DNA of 64,000 nt from a virus. Where the stretch lies: the IMG/VR virus record IMGVR_UViG_3300006923_000005, one strand, 5' to 3'. The position numbers were made by a program, and so were the translations under genes. Below the pieces are notes generated by a model. It was not told where the DNA came from. It was given only the letters and a program-made list of their open reading frames with translations, and ran no database searches. The number at the start of each line of letters is the position of its first letter. Positions within the stretch are counted from its first letter, which is position 1. Positions 47,768-58,009 of this stretch are shown in pieces.

Positions 47768-50089
47768 GTGAGTGCATCCGAGAAAAATGTCATAGACTTC
47801 GCAAAGGCGATGTCTGATGCTGCTGCGAATTCTGAAAAGTTCCTCAAGGCGCTAAAGGCACTTGATCCTGAAGTTGGCGATGTCAACGAGGTCATTGCTG
47901 CAATGGCCGCGCAATATGAAGATTTGTCAGCTAGTCTTGACAACAATCGTGATAAATTCGTTGAAATGTATAAGGACGTGCTTCCAAAGCTCATTGAGGC
48001 TTATGAAGCTGGATTAATCTCTGCCAGCAAATTTACTGAAGAAATGCTTGATGGCATCGGAAAATCTAAATCAGCTGGTGCTGCTGCTGCTGGTTTTGCA
48101 GCACAAGCTATTGGCGATTTAAATCGAAAAGGCGAAGAGCTTGAAAGGACAATCAAGCAGAACAAGTTCTCATTCATTGAACTTGTCAATGAGATCGTCA
48201 ATTATAATGAGGCAACAACTACAGCAATCCAGAAGGCCGCAGCACTAAAGAAGCAAATGACAGAGGGAGGCTCTGTCTTCGTTAATAGTCTTGAGGCATT
48301 GAACAATTGGGCAAATAAGCTTGTCACACTTGATTTCTATCCTGTTCGCTCTGAATTCTTGCAGACAGTCGGCGTCTTTGGCGAAGGCCAGGCACATCTT
48401 GATATGCTTGGCCGCTCAACAACTAAGTTTGCAACAAAGTTCGGTGCTGACACGCTCGATGTGCAAAAGGCTTTGATTGGTTTGCGCGGCGAGTTCGGCC
48501 TCCTCCGTGGGCAATTCGACGAAAACTCAACAGAGCTTGAGCTTATCCTCACCCTGCAGCAACGATTCGGCGCAGAGGCGGGTGCATCTGCTGGTTACTT
48601 CCGTATTCTAACACAAGGCTATGGAATGACGACTAAGGGTGCAAAGAACTTCTACCTCGAGTTGATCAACGTCGCCGACGCGTCTGGTCTTGTGTCGGCG
48701 CAGTTGATCAACGATATGCATGAAAATGCAGCCATGATCTCGCGTTTCGGCATCAAAACTACATTCGCACTTACCAAGATTGCAATGGCCGCGAAGGAAA
48801 CAGGCTTGAGCATGGGAACTGTCTTTGATGTTGCTGATAAATTCACGTCAATTCAGGGGGCAATTGAAACAACTGCAAAACTGAACGCAGCATTCGGAAC
48901 AAGCCTCGACGCGTTTGGTATGTTTGCTGAGCAAGAGCCTGCAACAATCTTTGCTACACTCCAGGAAGAGCTCGCAGGAGCAACAGGCGATTTCAACAAT
49001 CTGAATAAGCAGCAGAAGGCGTTCCTTGCCAACGCGCTTAATTTGGATGATGCCCAGGTACAACTCTTTATCTCTTCAGATAATTTACATACAGCATTCT
49101 CTCAAGTTACGTCTGACATGGAAAATCAAGCTTCTATGGCTGATTTAAGCCGCGAGGCAATGACAACAATGATGCCGCTGATTAAGAATATGACAAACAT
49201 ATTCATGTCGATGCAGCCATTCATTCGCGGCGTCGCCCTTGGCTTAAACACATTTGGGTTTATACTTGCGTTCGTCATTAAGCAAGTTGCTGGTCTTATG
49301 GGATCTGATGTTGATGGATTCTTACAAGGCCTCGGTGTTGTAGTTGGTTTCATTGCAGGCCCGGTTGCATTCTTGGTTGCAAAATCAATCCTGCTTGGTA
49401 AAGCATTTACTGGTGTTGCTGCTGCTGCTTCTTCTGTAGGGGCTGCCATTGGCGGTGCTACAACAGCTGCAATGGCAACGTTTAGTCAACTCATGGCTTC
49501 ACTGAAGGTTGGTGGTTTCCAGCTTGCAGCAGTTACTGCAGCAGTTGGCGTACTTGCAGTTGGCATGGGATTCTTGACTGAACAAGTTGCCGCCTCGCCG
49601 AGCGCATTCTTTGCGGCTGCAGTAGGTATGACCGCATTTACGTATGCAGCCCTTGCAATTGGCGCATCAATTGCAAGTCCACCAGGAGCTACTGCCGGAA
49701 TGACACTTGTAGCATTCTTAGGCGCACTTGCAGGTGTGGCGCTTGCAGTGGGTCTAGCCTTTAAGCTTGCCGGCTCAGGAATTGAGCATGCTGCAGCAGG
49801 AATTGGAAAAATCACAGCAATTTCTGGCCCAAGATTTGCGGATACAATTGAGAGCATATCAGAGCTTAAGGCAGAAATGCAAGCCCTGGCACGTGTTGAT
49901 TTACGTAGAGTTGAGGGATCACTTAATAGAATAACGCAACGGGCGCACCAGCCAACATCGAGTAGAAATTACGCATCTGGCCCAACTGGTAAACGAACAG
50001 ATCCAGTTTTCGTCAACGTTGTTAATACAAAAGACCTTAAACCTGCAGGCCGACGCGGCCTAGGTGAGGGTCTTGCAACTAGGATGTAA
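47768..50089 (+). CDS. Tail tape measure protein.
   Basis: Long helical N-terminal region. Gly/Ala-rich hydrophobic C-terminal segments. Position after the tube. Confidence 0.65.
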   Translation: MSASEKNVIDFAKAMSDAAANSEKFLKALKALDPEVGDVNEVIAAMAAQYEDLSASLDNNRDKFVEMYKDVLPKLIEAYEAGLISASKFTEEMLDGIGKSKSAGAAAAGFAAQAIGDLNRKGEELERTIKQNKFSFIELVNEIVNYNEATTTAIQKAAALKKQMTEGGSVFVNSLEALNNWANKLVTLDFYPVRSEFLQTVGVFGEGQAHLDMLGRSTTKFATKFGADTLDVQKALIGLRGEFGLLRGQFDENSTELELILTLQQRFGAEAGASAGYFRILTQGYGMTTKGAKNFYLELINVADASGLVSAQLINDMHENAAMISRFGIKTTFALTKIAMAAKETGLSMGTVFDVADKFTSIQGAIETTAKLNAAFGTSLDAFGMFAEQEPATIFATLQEELAGATGDFNNLNKQQKAFLANALNLDDAQVQLFISSDNLHTAFSQVTSDMENQASMADLSREAMTTMMPLIKNMTNIFMSMQPFIRGVALGLNTFGFILAFVIKQVAGLMGSDVDGFLQGLGVVVGFIAGPVAFLVAKSILLGKAFTGVAAAASSVGAAIGGATTAAMATFSQLMASLKVGGFQLAAVTAAVGVLAVGMGFLTEQVAASPSAFFAAAVGMTAFTYAALAIGASIASPPGATAGMTLVAFLGALAGVALAVGLAFKLAGSGIEHAAAGIGKITAISGPRFADTIESISELKAEMQALARVDLRRVEGSLNRITQRAHQPTSSRNYASGPTGKRTDPVFVNVVNTKDLKPAGRRGLGEGLATRM

Positions 50090-50091
50090 GC

Positions 50092-51744
50092 ATGGCACAA
50101 GATCCACTAAATCCACACGATCCTTTTTTCCCACCAGGGCCCCGTGCACCACGAAGTTTGCCGCTGACGCCAAATCCTAGAAGGCCGTCAGGTACTGCAC
50201 GTCCAAGTTCAACTCCTGCTCCGCCTCACGCACCAAAGCATGATAATTCGCCAACAAAAGCTGCCAATGATCGGCCGCGCCCAGTTAGCAAGCGTATTAA
50301 AAATCTTTCTGGGTTGAGCCCATTTAAGGGCGAGCCATATGCAGCGCTCGTTAATCGAATGAAAAATCCAGGCGCAACACCGAGTCGCTTTGCTGACGTC
50401 GGCCAGGGTATTGAAGATAGAAATACACAACCTGCAAACAGCGAGTCAGAGCTGTTTGAGGATCCTGTCGACATTAGTAGGGAAGTACCTGCACAATTTG
50501 CACACCGCAGCAGCTATGTAGGTGGTGTTGATCCCAGTGCAAACAACAGCAAAGCAGCAGTTGGTGAAAATCCATATATAGGATTGGTTGTAACACCAGT
50601 TGGAACTGACGGAAATCCAATAGACACTGCTGACGGTGCAAACGGAGATTATGATATGTTTCCGTTTTACTTTTCAGACTTTCGTAGGACCAATAGAATC
50701 ATTAGGTTTCCAGCTACTCTAACAGATCTTGCTGAAAATTACGATGTAGAGTGGAACTCCGAGACATATTACGGTAGGGTGCAGCAGGTCCCAATCTATC
50801 GTGGAACAAATCGTTCAATCACAGTCGGTTTTAAGCTTATCGCAGTTGATGATGGAACAATGTCGGGAATTGATCAAGTTAATGTCCTCTATCAGAAACT
50901 TGAAGCATTTATCTGGTTGCTTTATCCCTCATTTAGAAAAGAGAAAGTTAAATCTGCAACAGATTTTGAGCAGCAGCTAAATGATGATAGAAACTTTAAG
51001 TTCGCTCGTGAAAAAAGAATTGGTGCAGAGGGTTCGTTGGGTCAGCTAAGTGCTGCCGAAGAGATTACAATTACCCGCGATGGCAAAAATATACCAGGCT
51101 TACTACTGCGAACTGAAGCTGATCCTGTATTTGCAGCAGACGGAAAATATTTTGGCATCCCAGGCGCTGAAATTGTTAACCCTCGCACAACAGTTGAAGG
51201 GCAACGCTTAATTACTGAGCTTGAAGAAATAGTTGAAGTTGCTTCTGAGTTTGAAACTGAAGCGCGCTCGCGAATTGCGTCTGGCCTTGAGACACTAAGT
51301 ACTTCTTTGATTATTCATAAGGCTCCCCTTATTCGTATGCGAATTGGTAATATGATTAAGCGTGCAGGAAACACAGGTGATGCAAAAGGTAAAAGCGCAG
51401 CCGGCGCCGCAGCACGCCGCAATCTTGGGGTTGATAGTCTTGGTGTTAGTCTTCATGATTCAAATTTAAATCGTGATGCTGGTTTAGGCGGATATATTAC
51501 CAATGCCAGTATTGACTATCACATTGGAACAAACGAACAAAAACTACAAGTCTTATATGATCCAGCAGAGCGCGAGAAGAAAGCAAACTTCGTCAGTTAT
51601 CATATTGACATTAGTTTTAATTTTGAAGTTGTGCATGATGAGACTCCATATGGTTGGAATCCAAACCACGGCGAAGGTGATACATCCGGGATGCTATTCT
51701 ACACACGCTGGCAAGACTATAAGAAGCTGGACAAGGTAAAATAA
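50092..51744 (+). CDS. Baseplate or tail protein with a Pro-rich N-terminus.
   Basis: ORF in the tail module. Confidence 0.5.
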   Translation: MAQDPLNPHDPFFPPGPRAPRSLPLTPNPRRPSGTARPSSTPAPPHAPKHDNSPTKAANDRPRPVSKRIKNLSGLSPFKGEPYAALVNRMKNPGATPSRFADVGQGIEDRNTQPANSESELFEDPVDISREVPAQFAHRSSYVGGVDPSANNSKAAVGENPYIGLVVTPVGTDGNPIDTADGANGDYDMFPFYFSDFRRTNRIIRFPATLTDLAENYDVEWNSETYYGRVQQVPIYRGTNRSITVGFKLIAVDDGTMSGIDQVNVLYQKLEAFIWLLYPSFRKEKVKSATDFEQQLNDDRNFKFAREKRIGAEGSLGQLSAAEEITITRDGKNIPGLLLRTEADPVFAADGKYFGIPGAEIVNPRTTVEGQRLITELEEIVEVASEFETEARSRIASGLETLSTSLIIHKAPLIRMRIGNMIKRAGNTGDAKGKSAAGAAARRNLGVDSLGVSLHDSNLNRDAGLGGYITNASIDYHIGTNEQKLQVLYDPAEREKKANFVSYHIDISFNFEVVHDETPYGWNPNHGEGDTSGMLFYTRWQDYKKLDKVK

Positions 51745-51992
51745 TGGGACGATACGATGATCTTGGAACTGTGCAGGGCACATTCATTGAAACACAAGAT
51801 GTAATTGATCATGGCGTGCGTGCCACAACTACATTTACAGTTGAAGTAACAGAAGAGACTCGCCTAACAGATCTTGCTGCCGAGTATCTTGGAGACGCTC
51901 GACTATGGTGGGTAATTGCTGACTTAAATGGGATCGGATATTTCTTTGATGCCTGGGAAAATGGAACACTTATAATTCCAGTAGAGGTGTAG
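51744..51992 (+). CDS. Small LysM-like tail or baseplate protein.
   Basis: LTDLAAEYLGDARLWWVIADLNGI is LysM-like. Confidence 0.55.
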   Translation: MGRYDDLGTVQGTFIETQDVIDHGVRATTTFTVEVTEETRLTDLAAEYLGDARLWWVIADLNGIGYFFDAWENGTLIIPVEV

Positions 51993-51993
51993 T

Positions 51994-54129
51994 GTGGCAG
52001 TAAATGAGCTGAACAAATATTTCCAACGTCTTAGAACAAGAGAATATCCAGATAATCTTGTGACAAGTGATGAAACACTTCCACCAATTATTGTTATGTC
52101 TCCACCGACAGCAGATGCAAAAGCAGCTGCAGATGTCCATGACATTCTTGAAGGTTCAATAAAGAAACTGAAAGTATCAAGAAAGCTTGATAGAGTATCT
52201 CACTCACCATTTGTTTTTGATCCTGAGACAATTGATTCTGTTTTTACTATGTTTGGTCTGAACCCGTTTCCAGACGGAGAAAAATGCATACAGACAATTG
52301 ATTATGCACAAGCACAGCCCTATATTGCGATTCATTTCTTAGACGGATTTAAGGAAGAGCCAAGGGTTGTTGTTGAACTTGACTTAAATGCAAAGTTTCA
52401 TGAAACAACAATCGATCATGCAAAGAACCCACGCCCGAACCGCGCCTTTGCTGATAGGCCTGAGGTTGCAATTGAAGACGTCACGATTCAATATGATGAA
52501 GGTCACCTCACTGGACCCTTCAATGATCTCGGAATCGCACACATTGAATATACACTAAAGTTCTTTGACGTTAGTGCAATACAACTACAGCCATACCGCC
52601 ACCTTTTTGCACTCGGCGTTCCAATGCTTTTGCGCTTTGGATGGCGAAACCTTGGTGGCAAAGACTATATTGAGGAGTTGAAGTTTCAGAACCATGACTA
52701 CACAATTAGAATCGATGAAGTTGGTGTTGCAACAATAAAGTTTCGTGCGTTGCAGCAGGGTGTCGGTGTCTATGTTTATGCTCAACTTGGTGCGTATACA
52801 AATAGGGATGCAGCAGGGAAAAGGTTCACGCGAGTCTTTAACATTTACCAAGCACGCCTTGAAAGGCAGCAGCTTGCAGATGCAAAGATTGATGAGAGAG
52901 GCCTTGCAAGCTTTAGAGAGTCAGCTGAATCAGCTGATATACTTGACAGTAAAACATTTGCGTCAGTCTTCACTAAGGATGAAGAAGACGAACCTGACGA
53001 TCTATCAACTGCTTACAGGCATAATATTGATTTGTGTATTAAGCGTATTGATGAAATCTCAACAAACAATGCTCTAAATCAATATACATTCGCTTCTCCT
53101 CTGATGTCACGCATCCAGAGTAAAGTTGGCGTAAAGACACCAATCAGGGCAGTTACACTCGGCGCGCTGATCAATGAGTTTGTTGTAAGGGATCTGATTC
53201 AGAATGATGTGCCGGTGCTTGACACAGTTATTGTCAGTAATTTCAATGAGAGGGCAGGCGCATATGCTGGTCATAGCATGCTCAACTTTCCAATTTTCAC
53301 TGACGACATAAAAGCGTGGCTGTTGGATGTTAAGAACACAAAAACAGGTGTAACAACATCTGGTTTCTTTTCATGGATTATGGCAAATCATGTTGCAAAC
53401 TACGATCATTATGTGACCAACACACCAACTGCGTTTGTTCGCCCACAGCCGCATGTCTTTACAAGGACAATCACAGTTGGGAAACGAAAGCTATCTGCGA
53501 TGTTCTTTATCGATAGAGCTGCCAATATTCCGCTTGCAGAATATTACGGCGGTTTGACACCCACACAGAAGCTTGAACTGCAGAAGACACAAGTTCCATC
53601 ACTTGCATACGGCCGTGCATGTTCACCAATAAGAACAATGAACATGGCGCTTATCAATGATCCTGGACTGCAGGATATTATTGTTGCTGAAACAATGGCA
53701 GGTAAAAGCTCATCACAGTTGCAATCTGCCATCGGCGTTCCCGCAGGGAGCGTAGCATATAGAGCGCATGAGCCCGATCTTGCCAGGCTACAATTTGAAG
53801 GTGAAATCGATCTTCTTGGAGTTCCCCACATTCCAATTTATCAGGTGATTGCAATGGATCTAAATTCAGGATTCTGGGATGGTCTCTATCAAACAATTGC
53901 AATTGAACATCGACTCGGCGCCGGTGAATTTACAACAAATATCCATATTCGCTATTTACACTTGACAGCGCAGCCATCCAAGGTTGTTGGTCTACGAAAT
54001 GATACTATTGATGCTGAGGCTGAGAAGATTCTTGAGCAACGTAGTAAAAAGCAAGATGAACAACGGCGCGCGCGCATAGAAAGCCTTCGTCAGGAAGGCC
54101 CACCGCCCTCGGTCATCCGCCGTCGCTAA
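51994..54129 (+). CDS. Large baseplate or hub-like protein.
   Basis: GTG start. Position in the tail module. Confidence 0.5.
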   Translation: MAVNELNKYFQRLRTREYPDNLVTSDETLPPIIVMSPPTADAKAAADVHDILEGSIKKLKVSRKLDRVSHSPFVFDPETIDSVFTMFGLNPFPDGEKCIQTIDYAQAQPYIAIHFLDGFKEEPRVVVELDLNAKFHETTIDHAKNPRPNRAFADRPEVAIEDVTIQYDEGHLTGPFNDLGIAHIEYTLKFFDVSAIQLQPYRHLFALGVPMLLRFGWRNLGGKDYIEELKFQNHDYTIRIDEVGVATIKFRALQQGVGVYVYAQLGAYTNRDAAGKRFTRVFNIYQARLERQQLADAKIDERGLASFRESAESADILDSKTFASVFTKDEEDEPDDLSTAYRHNIDLCIKRIDEISTNNALNQYTFASPLMSRIQSKVGVKTPIRAVTLGALINEFVVRDLIQNDVPVLDTVIVSNFNERAGAYAGHSMLNFPIFTDDIKAWLLDVKNTKTGVTTSGFFSWIMANHVANYDHYVTNTPTAFVRPQPHVFTRTITVGKRKLSAMFFIDRAANIPLAEYYGGLTPTQKLELQKTQVPSLAYGRACSPIRTMNMALINDPGLQDIIVAETMAGKSSSQLQSAIGVPAGSVAYRAHEPDLARLQFEGEIDLLGVPHIPIYQVIAMDLNSGFWDGLYQTIAIEHRLGAGEFTTNIHIRYLHLTAQPSKVVGLRNDTIDAEAEKILEQRSKKQDEQRRARIESLRQEGPPPSVIRRR

Positions 54130-54194
54130 TCACTTTAGCTTGTTTAAAACTAAGTAAATTCATAAAATCCGGCCAAGAGATATAATGAACTTAC

Positions 54195-55430
54195 ATGGAA
54201 TATTGTGTTTATACGGTTCTCGGAAGCTCTGCTTTCTGTGAGGGTTATGGTTTTCTTAGCACAATAGATCTACGCGAAGTGATGCATGCGTCTGACAGCA
54301 TATTCGTTACACACAATCGCGAGACGCTAGGCACTCAAAAAAGTGTGAATATTCACTATCTCATTAAGCTTTTAGGTGTTGGTGTGGATATTGGTAGTGT
54401 CAAGTTGACAAGCAGAAACAGCATGCTGGTCCAACTTTTCGAGTCTGGAATACGTGCCCACGTTCATGCTGGCATACCAATCCAGAATTACAAGGTTGAT
54501 GAGCTATTTCCGCAGCACACTGTAGAAAGTTACCTGCAAGCTCGTACTGCTTTGACAAGAGACATTCTTGATAAGGCAATTCTTCTTTCTTTCTTTGATG
54601 AGCATTTAGCTTTCTATAATGAGATGATCATTCCGCTTGACAGTGTATTAATTGAGATGGCAAAGCAGCCAGTTTCAACAACCACAGGAGCTGAAAAGAT
54701 TGAAATGTCACCTGCATCAACACGCCTTGGGCGCCTGTCTGTAGTTAGAGGAACAAACATCCTGAATATTAGAAAGCCTGAACGTAGCAAGTTTGTTAGT
54801 AGATTTGATGAGGGTGAATTAGTTCACTACGATTTCAAAGCAATTGATTTTCGCATCGCACTTTTTGATGCAGGCTATTCAAAGGTTGCGATGGTAGAAG
54901 ACCTGTACACACAAATTAAAGAAATGACAGGACTGCCGATGCGCCGCGACAATATCAAAGTGCTTGCGCTTGGCAGGTTGTATGGAATGGCAATGTCGAC
55001 TGCAAGTAAGAAGTTTGGGGTGCCACAATCCAGGGTCGAAGAGTACATTACCATGTTTAGCGCCGCATTTCCAGGTATTGCAACACGTCGACGAGAGCTC
55101 GAAAACGAGTTTGTTGACAATGAGGGTGTAGTTTTCAACTGGTTTGGGCGACCAGTCCACGTTGACAAGCAACGAAATGCTTATCAGAATTACATAGCAT
55201 CAAACACAGCTGATATTTGTAGTCTAGCATATCGCGCTGTATATGAAAATCTAATACAGGATACTGAGCGGAAGGTTGTTATGTTTCTTCACGACGCGAT
55301 TATTGTTGATCAAGCGCCAAATACAGAGCGGGGTGACATTGCCCAAATCATGCGGAATATTTTACCAGATTTGGGTAAGTTCCATGTGAGTATTACAAGC
55401 GGTAAAAATCTTATGGAAGCAACTAGTTAA
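54195..55430 (+). CDS. Family A (Pol I-type) DNA polymerase domain, palm and fingers only, with no exonuclease domain.
   Basis: Motif A-like DFKAIDFRIA, motif B RDNIKVLALGRLYGMAMSTASKKFGVPQ and motif C MFLHDAIIVD. Confidence 0.7.
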   Translation: MEYCVYTVLGSSAFCEGYGFLSTIDLREVMHASDSIFVTHNRETLGTQKSVNIHYLIKLLGVGVDIGSVKLTSRNSMLVQLFESGIRAHVHAGIPIQNYKVDELFPQHTVESYLQARTALTRDILDKAILLSFFDEHLAFYNEMIIPLDSVLIEMAKQPVSTTTGAEKIEMSPASTRLGRLSVVRGTNILNIRKPERSKFVSRFDEGELVHYDFKAIDFRIALFDAGYSKVAMVEDLYTQIKEMTGLPMRRDNIKVLALGRLYGMAMSTASKKFGVPQSRVEEYITMFSAAFPGIATRRRELENEFVDNEGVVFNWFGRPVHVDKQRNAYQNYIASNTADICSLAYRAVYENLIQDTERKVVMFLHDAIIVDQAPNTERGDIAQIMRNILPDLGKFHVSITSGKNLMEATS

Positions 55431-55433
55431 GGC

Positions 55434-55586
55434 ATGAAGTTTCCAACAATCACTGGTCTCTTAACAGAAGCTGAAGGTGCCTCACATCTTGTTAAAGCTT
55501 TGCTGAAATACAAAGATGACCAGGCTGTGATGGCCATGCCAGGACTATACACACCTGGGAGCCCACACTGGAAGAAGGACACATAA
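55434..55586 (+). CDS. 50-aa leader ORF (MKFPTITGLLTEAEG...). It is in frame with the downstream metallopeptidase gene across a single TAA.
   Basis: Same frame as 55590 (both coordinates divisible by 3). Only TAA-CGC separates the two ORFs. Confidence 0.45.
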   Translation: MKFPTITGLLTEAEGASHLVKALLKYKDDQAVMAMPGLYTPGSPHWKKDT

Positions 55587-55589
55587 CGC

Positions 55590-57557
55590 ATGAAGATTAA
55601 CGAAGATAACAGGCGAGTAGACACACTTCGCAACCGTGAGTTATGGGGAGCTGTCAAGAAGTTCATTCACAGTAAGGGTAAGCCTGACGTAAAGTTTCAG
55701 ACACGCCATGATAGAGAAACTGTTGGGCGGGCAGATGATGGTGACAAAATCCACTTGGCTCCTGCGTCAGATGTCAACGTCCTTAGAGTTATTGATGGTG
55801 ATAAAGTTGTAGTCAAGAAAGGCAGTAAAGAATATACATTCGCGCCGTCTTCATTACTCATTATGAACCTCGACGATCTTCCACTCAATCGTAAGCCTGA
55901 GGGTGTTGCCAAAGAAGAGCGCTTTCTTAAGGATGCACAAGCAGGGGAGCTTGAGATTGAGGGCCTTGATTACATTCCTGGGTCTGTAAAGTACGTCGGG
56001 AAGAGCCGTAAGAAATCAGACTTTACAATCCAGGAAAAAGATGGCACTGTTTATAACGTCTCATTCAAGTATCTTGGCGCTGGGCAGCCATCAATAATGT
56101 CAAATCTTCCAAGGCCATCAAGGGATGAGCCATGGTTGCAGACGATGATTAAGCATGAGGGTCTCAATTCTGATCATGTTGAAGAGCTAATGAAGCTTGG
56201 CATGATGAAGAAGGGTTTCCCATATTGGCATGATGATTTGGGAATGGATGACGCTGTGTTCAAGGCGCTTACCCGGGCATTCACAATGTATCTTGATCGC
56301 CACGGTGTTGTTGATCCTGTAAACGCGGTTATGACTGCCAAGGATCCCGACCTGAAGGATATTCTTTTCTTCAGATCATTCGATGATTTCTGGGATGTCC
56401 ATGGTGGGAAGGTCCACTTTGTTGCTGACACAAAAACGACGTTCAGTATAAAGTTATACACATCAGATAAAGAGCGTGAGAAGAAGGACGAAGCTGACAA
56501 GCTCGCCAAGCAAGAAAAGAAGATGGATGAGGCTTCGCACAACTTGCTTAATCTTCTTGCCGAAGGTCCCATTCCTATCAATTCGAGTTTTGTGAAAGAA
56601 ATTACAAACGAGCTGCTTCGAAAGCTCTATATCAAAATTAAGATTGGTGATGCTGAGAAAACCTTACTTGAACTTGTTGGCGGTGATGAAGAACGTGCGT
56701 TAGTTGCCATTGGTTTTGATGAAAAGATTGAGGGAACGAACCAAAAGATCTATGTCAAGGCTGGTTTATTTGTTGGAGAAGCAAGCGGTCCAGAGAAACT
56801 TTTTGCAAAAACAAATGGTGCAGCTGGTGTTGAGGATGGCGAATATAAAATCGGTATCAATCTCAATAGTTCAATTGTTGCTGGCGATCTTCTTGTTATT
56901 TATGACATTGACCATGCTTCGCTTGTCGAATCCTTTGAAGCGATTGTCGCTCATGAACTGACACACATTCGAGACAATGCAGTGACAGCAAAGAAAGATT
57001 GGGGCGAAAAGCAGATTAACAAGTATGAGCGGCAGCGTGCGTCTACAATGAAGAAATTCACTGGTTTCAATGATAGTTGGGCTGGTGAGCTGGCGTATTT
57101 GACTGACATGCCTGAAATTAAGGCTCGTGAATCTGAAACAGTGCATCTTATTAGAACGCATCTGCCACAACTTCTTGGCGATCGTTATACAACAGATAAT
57201 CATCCGCATATTTGGCCAGCAGCTAGAAAAAATAAGCTGATCAAGAATATTGTCATGAGTAAGAAGTTCATGCAGCGTGATCTTCATACGTTGATTAATA
57301 GTCAAAAATATGAAAAACTGCAAGGCCTAAAAGCATTTCGAAAGTTTCGGCGCAAGATTTTGCAAACAGCAGTTGCAGCAGCGCGTGATGAACTTAAGAA
57401 GCATTATGATAAGCGCAGCGCTGGAATGCGAGAACTTGCTGATGCTGTTGTGATGGATGAAGTAATTAACGACTACTGGTACGACATGGGTGCCGATAAG
57501 CCTGACGACTTTGAAAAGTTTCGGGCAGAAGCAAGAAAGAGATTATGGAGCAAGTAA
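55590..57557 (+). CDS. Putative zincin-like metallopeptidase (HExxH).
   Basis: AIVAHELTHIRDN contains HELTH, and the surrounding protein is long and helical. Confidence 0.5.
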   Translation: MKINEDNRRVDTLRNRELWGAVKKFIHSKGKPDVKFQTRHDRETVGRADDGDKIHLAPASDVNVLRVIDGDKVVVKKGSKEYTFAPSSLLIMNLDDLPLNRKPEGVAKEERFLKDAQAGELEIEGLDYIPGSVKYVGKSRKKSDFTIQEKDGTVYNVSFKYLGAGQPSIMSNLPRPSRDEPWLQTMIKHEGLNSDHVEELMKLGMMKKGFPYWHDDLGMDDAVFKALTRAFTMYLDRHGVVDPVNAVMTAKDPDLKDILFFRSFDDFWDVHGGKVHFVADTKTTFSIKLYTSDKEREKKDEADKLAKQEKKMDEASHNLLNLLAEGPIPINSSFVKEITNELLRKLYIKIKIGDAEKTLLELVGGDEERALVAIGFDEKIEGTNQKIYVKAGLFVGEASGPEKLFAKTNGAAGVEDGEYKIGINLNSSIVAGDLLVIYDIDHASLVESFEAIVAHELTHIRDNAVTAKKDWGEKQINKYERQRASTMKKFTGFNDSWAGELAYLTDMPEIKARESETVHLIRTHLPQLLGDRYTTDNHPHIWPAARKNKLIKNIVMSKKFMQRDLHTLINSQKYEKLQGLKAFRKFRRKILQTAVAAARDELKKHYDKRSAGMRELADAVVMDEVINDYWYDMGADKPDDFEKFRAEARKRLWSK

Positions 57558-58009
57558 TAAACATCGCGACCCCAGGCTTCAGCTTGAAGGATCCACCCCA
57601 ATTCAGTTTTTCACTTGATTTAGAGCGCTTTGATTCTGTATCAGTAGAGCTGCAAGGATTTATTGAAGAGCAAACCGCAGCTGTACCTGGCTTTGTTGGT
57701 GAGATGATGCTCGCCGAAGCGCGCTGGATGGCAAACCAAAAGAATATTGCTGAATTTATTACTGACTCAATTGGAACCGACGCTGACCGCTTTGTTGTAT
57801 ACATCGCACCTTCTACGATTTATTATGGAGGTATGTTAATCATCAAGGAAATCTTGGATCTCTATTTAACAACAGTCAGGAAGTATCCAAGCCACGAGGG
57901 CAGAGTTGCTTTGAAGCTTGTTGATGACGGTTCTGGGAATGAAGCCTTTGATTTCGTCAGGGCTCACCTCACAGGGCTTGGTCATAAATTTGAGGTTATA
58001 AAACTGTGA
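57545..58009 (+). CDS. Hypothetical protein.
   Basis: ATG overlaps the previous stop. Confidence 0.45.
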   Translation: MEQVINIATPGFSLKDPPQFSFSLDLERFDSVSVELQGFIEEQTAAVPGFVGEMMLAEARWMANQKNIAEFITDSIGTDADRFVVYIAPSTIYYGGMLIIKEILDLYLTTVRKYPSHEGRVALKLVDDGSGNEAFDFVRAHLTGLGHKFEVIKL

